Assembly: GCA_903813345.2 (NCBI GenBank)
Contig: CAIIXF020000001.1
Span: 36,828,001-36,892,000, forward strand
Source of the DNA: Owenia fusiformis
Taxonomy: Eukaryota
Direction of reading: 5' to 3'
Length of the DNA: 64,000 nt
The notes beneath the pieces were generated by a model. The model was given only the letters and a program-made list of their open reading frames with translations, was not told where the DNA came from and searched no databases. Below are positions 12,712 through 24,200 of the stretch, in pieces (position 1 is the first letter of the stretch; every line of letters starts with the position of its first letter). A program made the translations under genes and the position numbers.

Positions 12712-13729
12712 CGAGGGGCATTTGAAAAGTTCCTTTCTTTTTGCTCTAAAAATACAAGGAATGATCAGAACAAGACAAAACTTCTGGGATGTGTAGTTTG
12801 AATATTTATTATTAAGCTGTGAAAATTAAAGCGTGCAACATATTATAGCCACAGTTTTACATCCGTTTGAAATATAGTTGTCTCGATACCGCGGAGCAGT
12901 TTGAATGTGGATACTTTTACGTCACAATCAATGTATCCAGCCATAATGTGCAGTCCATGGACCTATCTTATCATTGCCACAACATTAAGCCAGTTGGCCT
13001 AAGCCAGGGCTCTATATCTCCTTCGAAGTATTCTCCCCCAATAGAATGCACTTTCGGAACCTCCGTATCCAATCCATATAGGCATTTTCCTGTTCAATTA
13101 TTGTCTTCACTAACTCAATATTTTATTTTAATATCGCTGTCCTTTTTCACCCACTTCTTGGCCCATCCTCGCTGGTTGAGATGCCTTTCTTGAACTTGTT
13201 GAACCAGCTTCTTATCATGGGAAAGGAACAACAGGTGTCTTCATATGTTGCTGTTCATGTTCTTACAGTCTTTTCCTTGTTTTACACAGATTTTAATGCA
13301 AGGTCTCTGCTCTTTGATAAGTTCATTCACAATTTCGCTCCACTGTTTGGAAACACCTGCTCCACCCAAATTTTAGTGAATAGAGTGAGTCTGTTTTGAC
13401 GGAGGATTATGACATCACACTGACAGCACAGTGAGTCCATTCACCTGTAGAACACTATTATACCACTAACTTTTTGCTATGGCAACACATTTTAAACAAA
13501 TATATGTTATTTTCAAAAAACGTATTAAGTTTTTTTTCATTGAATGCATTGTTTCATTCATTGAATTTTTAAGGTGCTCCACGGAACCAAGTCTCGCTGT
13601 TGCCATGGCAAACAAAAGTTCACTTCCTTATGAGGAATTATATTTATATTGATGTAAACTCAAGATATATGTATATGGCACATATGCTGAAAGTTTCATA
13701 AAAAATTAGAGCAATTCAAACGCCCCTCG
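12712..13729 (-). mobile_element. Internally deleted, decayed mariner transposon
   Basis: TA|CGAGGGGCATTTGAA...TTCAAACGCCCCTCG|TA. Minus-strand remnants EQRPCIKICVKQGK, TYEDTCCSFPMIRSWFNKFKKGISTSEDGPRSG*...NIELVKTII (mariner HTH) are joined to C-terminal WIRRFRKCILLG/EYFEG. Confidence 0.9.
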
Positions 13730-15988
13730 TACTTGTAAAGAAATGGAATCAATTATAGTTTTCAGCTTTGGCCTCATTTTTTTGGTGAAAGTCAAAGGAC
13801 AAGGTTCCAATTTGGAACCATTTTGAGCAATTTTACCTTATTTCAAGAAAATAATCACAAAAACCAGCTATGATACCATAACAGGTACTTAGTATGTCAG
13901 TCAGCCAATCTACATTATTCTTGTATTGTCTGATTCACCTAGCATATTCACCTAATGGTTACCATAGCAACATCATATTGGATTAACAGAGGTAGTGCTT
14001 GGGGGGGGGATGGGGCTGCGCTGGGTTCACCCACCCCCTAATAACCAATAAAAATAGAACCATTGGATAAAAGAAGACTTTTAACTTGAAGCTTTTTGCT
14101 AAATTTTGAAGGAAGTTGCATCAATTTTTGTAATATTCAAAACCTATCTTATAAATACTTTTGGGTTGCCTCCGCCACGATCGCAGGCCCCCTTCTGACT
14201 CAAAGCTGGCTGCGTCCCAGATTCAAAATTGCCATTATGACATCATAATATAACACAATCCAAATTTAATAATTATGGTTGTTAGATTATTTTCTGTCAC
14301 CAAATAAAAAGAATACATCTCAGTCAACTGGTCAAAATGTAACATTTCTAAAGAATTCTTGTTTATAGCAGATAGTTTTGTTACATGCTAACACCAAAGC
14401 AACAGTGTGAATTGGACACTTTCATTATATTTATTCAATTTTTATGATCATTCATGTATAAATGAAATAAACTAATAAACTCAACTAAACAAATAAACTA
14501 AACTAGTTAAAAGCATTATACTGACCATTTTAAAGACAATGATTTCCCAGATTTCCCAGATTTATACATTATGATTAAAATAAAATATCCAAGAACAAAC
14601 AGTTATGACGTCATAGTTGAAATGCAAATCACCATATTTGCATGTTTTAAACATTATTTGATTGCTCTATCTATTACCTTTAATTTGGTGCAAATTTCAT
14701 CTAAATCTGTGCAATAATGACAAGGTTAGGGGCCAAACACTGAAAATAGCTCCGAAAAGTGGGCGTGGCATATTTACTTTGTTACCATAGCAACGCCATA
14801 TCGGATTCAGAAATGCCAACTTAATATTTCCTGATTGCATTATCCATTACCTTTCATTTGGTGTGAATTTCATCTACATCTGAGCAATAATGACAGAGAT
14901 AGGGACCATACACTGGAAAGAGACCCTAAAAGTGGGCGTGGCATATTTACTTGGTTACCATAGCAACGCCGTCGCGGATTCAGAATTGCCAACATCATTT
15001 TTCTTGGTAAATATCAAGTATAGTTCATGAAAATATATGTCGCTTAGCTCGCCTCTAAAAAGGACACGGAATGACCTTTGCTCCCATACTATAAGGTATT
15101 TGTTCATTATGTCAATGGAATGAATATTAATGCTTGGGAAAGATGATATTATAAACTTAGAAAAATATGATTTATACGAGTAGTTCACATCTGTATGTAT
15201 AAACTGTCTCCCTTTTCTCTGTGGCTGATATTGTTACAAAATGTAAACAATTTCAATTGAAGAACAGGAGTGGAAGAGAAGAGGGGCATATAAGGGGTCT
15301 TTTAAGAGATGGTACTTAATCTTACACTAAAAGTGTACACTGAACTGGCAAACTTCATTGTGTTTTACTTAAAACCATAAAAGGTTACATTTTGTGGACT
15401 AAGCTGGACAAAGGACTAATGGAACTTTTAGAAGTGTCATAAAAGTACATTATTTGAGCATTTGTAAAACTGAAATGTTAAGATGACCCAAATACTGCTA
15501 TGAAACTATGTTAAGTACATGTACAATACAGGCCTACATACCAGAACTTGTGCTATTAACAGTTGAGACCAGTTGGCCAAAGTAACATTAGGACCAAATG
15601 GAAGAGTTAGTTTTCAAAAAAGGACTGCAAACCCCATGTCAAAATGACAAAATGATCAAGAAAAATGTTTGATAACTAGGAAGTTTTTTAATGAGCTATA
15701 AATCTGCAAGGCCCTTTACCAACAATTTCTAAATGTACATCCATATTACGAGTGTTAAGGACATTCTTAAAAATTCTAACTCAGCCTAACCAGAGACATA
15801 TATATGTCTCTGGCCTAACACATCTGATACAAAAACAAAACAGAACAGTTCAGATTTTCTTTAATATAAATCTGGAGAAATTATAAGAGATATGATTGCA
15901 CTAGCTTTTAATAAGTACATGAATGCATTAATTTGCAAACTTTACAGTTTTCTATGGATGCTATGTTTGCAAAATCACTTCAGTTTAA

Positions 15989-16639
15989 AGGGGCTGATCA
16001 GTCAAATGTTTCAGGAATAATGGTTTTTCTAATAACCAAACTGTCTCTCCAAAGATTGATTATACCAAAATTAAACTATTGAAACTGCCAAAAAGTACAC
16101 ACTTTGCTGGCTGCTCTATATTCATTTCAATGTTCAGAGTATCCTAGAGTTGATTTGATAAAACTAAGTTATACTTATAGCCAAATGGTTTTATTGTCAT
16201 TATTTAGTTTTTTTATGTAAATCAAGGGGAGGAAATCGAAGAATCATTTACCTCAGACATTTCTACTACCTGGGCACTCATGAGATCTCTACTAGTTGAG
16301 TATAATGAGTAACTTTAATCTGCCACCAGATGGCACCTTGATCTTGACTGTTGCAGGTAGTGGAAACATCTAAGGCGCCAACTCTTCCAATAATAATAAG
16401 GTCTGAGAATGAAACATAAACTCAACGGATCATGAACATAAAATGGAGAAGTTTAAAAAGTCTGAGCAATTTGAAACAAATCCCATGTTATGACTTCAAA
16501 TAAATTTAAATTACTCTAAATCCAAAATATCATAACATAAAATAAGTTTTGTTTTATTTTTTATTTATTCATGTCACAGGGGTGTTTTTTGAAAGTTTTA
16601 ACATAAAAGGTCATCTGCAAAGTTCACCTGATCAGCCCT
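15989..16639. mobile_element. Kolobok-like non-autonomous element (TTAA target)
   Basis: TTAA|AGGGGCTGATCAG ... CTGATCAGCCCTTAA. Confidence 0.55.
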
Positions 16640-18082
16640 TAAATAGATACTCACAACAAAGTCGTATCTATTAACAAGATTTGCATTAAACATGTTTATT
16701 TCAAAAACAACTCAAAAATGCCATGTTTTTCTCAAAAAAAAATTGAATGACTGACCAAAATCTCTTAACAACAAGCTTTTTAATGAGTATAATAGTTCAC
16801 AGATCAAAAGTGTTAAAATATTTCTGAGAAAAACATGCATTTCTGTGAAAAATCCAATAATCACAATCACATTAGCTTTCTTGATATGAGAGCCATCAAT
16901 GTCATCTAACTAGGCTAGAAATGTCATAAAAAATCGTCTAGAAAACAACCTGAGCCTCTCCGATATGAATCTTAAACCTGTAGTACCTATTTGAGAATTG
17001 TGTCTCAGACTACATTAAACTACTCCCATGTATTGGCTAATTCCATGCATTGACTAATTACATGCATTAAATCCAACTTTGGTCACTTGCTTCACAATTT
17101 CAATTTGCTTGCGATTTCTATATAAGTCAGAGTGTAATGCTAAGCCGTTAGCTGTTATATACCTTAGAACCTGTATTGTAAACAGCTTGAACATTTTTCA
17201 GTCCAAGCCAAGTACAGTCCAAAATCTGAAGAATGAAGTTATATATGGCTTACTGTTTATATTATGCCTAGCAGCTCCCACTCATTCATTTGACAATCTA
17301 AACTATGGCAATATACTTTTAATTCAAGGGAAAACCCTTCCAAGATATCACTTCCATAACATCTCATATAATGTTGGGTATTAACATAAGCTCTGTTTAA
17401 TGCTTCTTTCATGCCATGCTTGTCATAATGTGTCCGTTGTACACAAGCAATGTAAAGCAAAATAGCAGTATTGCTCTCCAAATATCTATTGTCATATCAT
17501 ACTACATTGTTGAGTTTGAAAAATAACTCATTTTAGTGCAATGTAGTAGTCATATTATAGTTCATACCTGACATCACTGACACTTGTATTCAGCCCTGAC
17601 ATTATCTTTATCATAAATTGCTATTATACAGTAAGACTTGTAAAACTGAACCCCATCTGCAAAATGGTTGTTGATAATTTTCAAAATGAAAACAGTCAGT
17701 ATGCATGAAAACTGATCCTCAGAAAATTGATTTTTCAACTGAATAAGATCAGATCTAAAAAATATTCAATTTAACATGTATTACTGTATACATCCTGCTT
17801 AATGGACTTTGACTATTCAATTTTGACAAAAAATCCTCCTACATCTTTGAGTCAAGGTTAATCCAGCAATGATAATCCATTTAGAATCCTTCTCATAATC
17901 TCTTTGACTCCAGCTTTAGAGTAGCTCCTCCTGATATGGTATATCTCTATAGAGCTTCGCAGACAGTATGTCTTTTAGTGTCTCATTCGCTCAAGAGCAC
18001 CCCTTGGTACTACCCATAAAAACTCCCATTATTATATATTCCAAAGTCCAGCATGGATTTGTCCTGGCTACTGGTTCGTTGA

Positions 18083-18218
18083 TTACTCAAACCCCCACAC
18101 TTCTATTCCTTTGACAATGAAGTCCTCTTGTGTTGTAAGAGGTTCATTGTCATAAGTGTCACAATGCTGAGTCCTGCCATGATATATGTCTCCATCTAAC
18201 CAAAGTCCAAAACTACCA
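18083..18218 (-). CDS. OXR1: OXR1 terminal exon (TLDc C-terminus)
   Basis: GSFGLWLDGDIYHGRTQHCDTYDNEPLTTQEDFIVKGIEVWGFE*. Confidence 0.95.
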
Positions 18219-21200
18219 CTGAAAAAGAATTATTATACTGGTTAAACATGGAAGGGACTTCTTGATACGTTTTAATGAAAACCATAAAAATTGATATCTG
18301 TTCACTTACACGTAAGATTCTTTTGTGATGTCTTAAAAGACACTGTCGCAAAATTGTCACGTAAATGCAACTTATGAGACTTTATGATAATACTAATTAA
18401 TACAATTATATTATAATAATTATAAATTATATCATACTCTATCACAATTTAACACAATTATAGAAATGTCATTAACCAATAAAAGAACAATTTTCAATGA
18501 GTGATAACTCTTTAGTTCTATTAATTTCCATATATAAAACAGGCACAATATAGTACTCAGTCTAAAAGAAAAGGGCCCATATTCTCCATTATTTAAATGA
18601 GCTGATCACCCAACTGGCTGTGTTTATTAAGGCTGTATGCTAGACTGTAGATGCTTATGAGCATGACTTACTCTCCTGCTCCTATCACTAAACTCTGTAG
18701 ATTGCCTTTGTTGAAGTAAGTATTGTCACCTGTCCAGGTGTAAACCTGCAATATAATGCATGTATAAAACATACATGAATTTTAATGTCAAGTGTGTGTG
18801 GGTGAATATGGTTGTACTTGTAATTCTATAATAGAAACCATTCCTGTTAATTTACCTTATAAAATTGAATCTAGGAAGTTATAAAAAATCATGAATTATT
18901 ATTTGTAGTATACAAGTTGTCATGAAAAATCAACGTGAAAAATAAAGCTTTGAAAAAACTAACCTTGAACTCTGGGGTGAATGTATAGAGAAAGGATTCC
19001 CCTGTTCCATAGAAATGCTCACTCACTTTCAGAGGACATGAGGTCATTGCACCAAATATCTACAAGAGTGAAGAGAGAAAGATATTTACTCATTTTTAAT
19101 TACATTGAAATACAAGAATCCAATCAAACTAATTTATTACAGGAAAATATATTCCAAAGAGATTTATTGTGATTGTTGGTGGAGCCCACTCTTGTAGAGC
19201 CCTAGTCTTGACAAGAACTCAATGTCGAATGACACACAAATAACATGAAAATAGGCATTTCTACTCAAAATTGGTCATTTCTTTAATAGTCAGAATATGT
19301 ACACTGAAAATTTTGCATCCAGTTGAAAATGGGACAAACACTTCATAATTAAACCCTAAAAGACACCTACATTGTTGCCAGTGTCTTTGACAACTATTAA
19401 GACAGGTGTGTCATAGCCCTGCATGTGTCTATAGAGAGTGTTCAGTGAAAAGCCATGATGGTCTGTGCTGTAGATCTGTACCCAGGGGTACCCTTCTGTA
19501 CGTGGAGGCAGATGCTTACACAACTGAAACAATTAGGAAATAGAGATCTTTTAAATTCTACATAGGTCCTGTCAATTTTTTGTGATTTTATACCAATTCT
19601 AGATTAATAACTTCTCACGATCTCAAGATCTCACTTTTTAAAGGGAAGCTTAAATACAGAATAAAACACTGTACAATGTAATTGCACTTTGCTAAATAAG
19701 CAACTAATCAATATGAATACACTTAAGGTATGAGGATATGTTGTTTACCTTGCTTATTTTATCATCATCAAGTAATGTAGTTGTGCCAATCAACTCAGGT
19801 AGAGGGAGATCTCCAAGCTCAAATGACTCCAGTCTTCTCCTGGCTTCCTCAACTTTGACAATCTAAAGTAAATACAGGTCAGAATCAATACAGGGTGACT
19901 GACTATAATAAAGACCGATCCATATGCAGGGTACCCTATGGAACTTTGTGATCACACTGTTAAATAATACATAAGCGCTTCTTTTGTTTCTGACTCAATT
20001 TTCATAATGGAGAATTAATAATGACAATCAATAACTACAGTGAAGCATGTCTATGTGAACACTGAACCTAAATGTGAATACTTTTCCCATTGATTCCCAT
20101 ATCATCAGAACCTTTTCATCTGAACGCACTCAACATTGTGGGTTTCAGTATTAATCACGTTAGACAAGTTTTACTGTATAAACAAAATGTTGGTTTTTGA
20201 TTTCAACTATCATATTTCTATTTCAGCAGCCCAGTACATTTATTTACTAAAACCACCACTTGACATGACAAGGCATTAACATGCAATATGTCATCACCTA
20301 CAAATTGTTACAGACCGAATGCCACCCATCGAACACCAACCATCATCCACAAAAAGTTAGAGACAATAACAATATGTTACCACTTGTGGTGGTGACATAA
20401 AAATGTGCAACCTTCCATTAAGAAAATCAATGCTTTAAAATGATTTAATAAGTACCAGCTATGAAACTGTGCAGAAAAAGAAACCAGAACAACGGCAACG
20501 CCAAAGCGTAGCGAATCCCATCGAACAGCCATGGATGGCATTTTTACAAAGTATATAGCAAAAATGGCAGCCATTTTTCAAAATGGCCGCCTTCTACAAA
20601 AAGTGTCATTAGACCATGTGCCATGCTTATAGTATTCATATACCAAATATGAACAAAATCGCTCCACTACTTTTCAAGTTATAGTAAAAAACATTAAAAT
20701 GGCAGCCATTTTTCAAAATGGCCACCTTCTACCAAAAGTGCCATAAGACAGTGTGCCGTGCTTATAGTATTTACATACCAAATATAAACAAAATCCCTCC
20801 ACTACTTTTCGAGTTATAGTAAAATACGTTAAAATGGCAACCATTTTGAAAAATGACCGCCTTCAACCAAAAGTGTCATTAGACAGTGTGCCATGCTTAC
20901 AGTATTCACATACCAAATATGAACAAAATCGCTCCACTACTTTTCGAGTTATAGTAAAATACGTTAAAATGGCCGTCATTTTTCAAAATGGCCGCCTTCT
21001 TCCAAAAGTGTCATAGGACAGAGTGTCATGGTTATAGTATTCACATACCAAATATGAACTAAATCGCTCCACTACTTTTCGAGTTATAGTAAAATACGTT
21101 AAAATGGTGGCCATTTTTCAAAATGGCCGCCTTCTACCAAAAGTGCCTTTAGACAGTGTGCAATGTTTATAGTATTCACATACCAAATATGAACAAAATC

Positions 21201-24200
21201 GCTCCACTACATGGCCGCCAATTTTCAAGATGGCTGCCATGTGCTTCTTTAATATCTACATTTCTAGCTTTATTAATGTCCTATATAATTTTTTTACATC
21301 TAAAACATATTGCTATTACAGTTTTACATATTGCACCTAAATTACTGTAAATTCGGCGCTAAAATGGCCGCCATTTTGAAATGAGCGGCCATTTTGAAAA
21401 TCAGCTTTCGAGCAGAACTTCTACCCCCATAGGGTATATGTGTACAAAATATGAACAAAATCGGGCCAACGGTATTTGAGTTATTGCCCGGACGTACGGA
21501 CGGACCGACGGACGGACAGACAGACGGACGGACGGAGGCATTCCCTATATCCCTCCGAACTTCGTTCAATGGGATAATAAAAACAAAACTTAGAGAGCCA
21601 TCAAATTAATGAATAGTATATCAGTATTACCATTATCATTTAATAATTTTTTTTTGATATGCAGATAAGTACATGTGCAGTTCAGTAAATGTGCCAATTC
21701 AGTAAATGTGCTGATTCAGTACATGCTACATGTGCTGGTTCAGTACATATGCCGATTCATTACATGCACTGGTTCAGTACATGTGCTGGTTCAGTAAATG
21801 TGCTAATTCAGAACATGTGCTGGTTCAGTACATGTGCTGGTTCAGTAAATGTGCTAATTCAGAACATGTGCTGGTTCAGTACATGTGCTGGTTCAGTACA
21901 CATGTTGAATATTACCTGCCAGCATCTGTGTGACCCCTATATAGATCAGAGTTCAAGTAAATAGAGGTCAGAAATATGACAAGAGCAGTTTCAGGTCAGA
22001 TCATTTTGTAAATGCAAATTTCAACCAAACTATATTAATATTAATAAAAAAAACTGATTGACCAATTAGAAGAATTTGACTTTATCACTCACCTCAATAT
22101 TATAAACTGTGATTAAGTAGTACTATCACACTATGAAGACCAACCAGATACTTTTTTATTTTTTTGACTTTCCAAAGCAAGGTTCCAAAAATCAGCCCAT
22201 TTTTTCGAAAAAGAATTCAATTGAGTAAGAATTCAGATGAGAAGAAACAAGAGTAGATATAAAAGCAGAACATCTCTCATAATATCAAGAATATGAAGTA
22301 GTTCTGAGCAGTCTCCTCCGTAACGCAACTAGGGCAATGTTAAAACACCATATTACAACAAACTGGCACTGGCAGATTGAATGGACTTTTATAATGAATT
22401 ATGAAAACTATAATGGTCTTTAAATTAAACATACCTCCCAATCCTTGGACACTTTAATATCTCCTTCAAAATAATCATCTACTAAATTGAGATCCTCAGC
22501 ATCAGAGTCAAAAACAACAAAGCCCCGAGCTTCAGGATTAATTTCTTCCTCACTGCCATAAATGTTTGGAGACCACTGGACAAAGAATGCATAGAGATGG
22601 TCCACTCTAAAAACAACAGTGTATCATAAGTGTGGTTAACTGTAGCTATTAATCCAATGTGTATGGACTACAGAGGGTTCTCTCCAGGTGCTTTTACACA
22701 GATGCCAAATCAGAAGCCCTTCCCATTAGGGCCCTTTTTAAAAAATGAGGCCCATTTCCCAAATACAGGGTGTTCCAAAATTAACAAGACTGGTGCGTTA
22801 TTCTGCAACAAGTGTCTTGAGGCCCATTTTCCATATAGACCAATTTATTCAAAAAATGAAACTCACATATGCCCCATTTTGAGGCCCAAATTGAATACAT
22901 ACCTATCACGTGGAATAGAAAACCAATATTCGGGCTTATTTTTCTTGCCATATGATTCGATAGGGCAGGTTTTTGACACTCGTTTGTTGATAGGTTTGCC
23001 CACACGTAGACTCAGATAGAGAGGAGGATTCTCAGAAACTGGGGCAGGCTTTGGCACCAACTCTGAAAGATAACATTGAAAACTTCACAATTAAAATGTA
23101 GTTAGGATGTAACTCTACTGATGGAGTGCAAATTCCCAAGAAATGGCTCGCATTTACTACTCAAAAAACAAAAGTTAAAGACCACTTTTACTTGTACACA
23201 AAGTAAAGTGGTCCTTAACTTTTTTAGGGTAGTATACTTAATCAATGTAAACCAAGAAATTGCTGAATGTCTTTCGTGGGGACATCTGCTGGAAATATGC
23301 ATAAATAGAATATGTTAATGTGGTGAAACTCTCCAATTGCAAGTACATTAGTTAAATGCTATCTTTGAACTGCTAGTGGTGAAAAATTGTATCCTCAAAT
23401 GGGAAAAAATATGTTCAATAATTGTTATTATTAACTATGACTTCACAAATTAACACAGAATTTAATATGAATTATCATCAGTTAATGAGAAGAATATGAA
23501 AAAGCAATATTAGTGAATGTTAACCAGTAAAAACACTGGAAAAAGTGTGAAACATCTAAAAGTAGGCAGTGAATATATAAACAACAATTGAGGAATAATG
23601 ATCTAGGATGGACATAGTTACTGAGTAAATTGAAGTTGAAAGTGTGTGAAGGTTTAGATTATAAATAATCATCAAGGTTAGGAAGAAAACAGAGTGAAAA
23701 GAATGATGTTCAAAGTATATTGTAACATTTAAATACAGCTTTAGTAAATGCAGACTTGATCAACAATTTGGTGATTTCTGTAAAAAGCAATGCAATGGTG
23801 ATTATGAGACATGCTCAGCACATACTATACAGTATACATGTACAAAGGATGAGTGAAAAAATGAGAATACTTTAAAGAGAGCACAACACAAGGTGCAATA
23901 AATAGCTATGAGATAGCATTGCACAATAAGACAAGGTTCAAACTTGATACATACAGGGTGTTGCATAAATAATAAAATAATATACATCTCCATACCTCAC
24001 AAGAGTTCATGGCTTTGAGGATGGGAGGTGCTAATTCATGAAACACCCTGTATATGTGTATCATACAACTACATGTATGCTATCATTATGATTTGAGAAA
24101 ATGTACCATTTTGGTAGAATCAATGTATATACAGTATATATAATATTCAAACATCAATATTGTATTGATTCATAATCCAAAATAGGTAAAAATATTGCAT

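Larger units (their letters stand above)
5652..15092. mobile_element. Large non-autonomous long-TIR (foldback or Polinton-like) DNA element with nested insertions
   Basis: 5652-~7125 is the reverse complement of ~13731-15092 (termini ATAGTGTGGGAGCAAA / TTTGCTCCCATACTAT); 173-bp subunits; no own ORF; no clean TSD. Confidence 0.75.
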
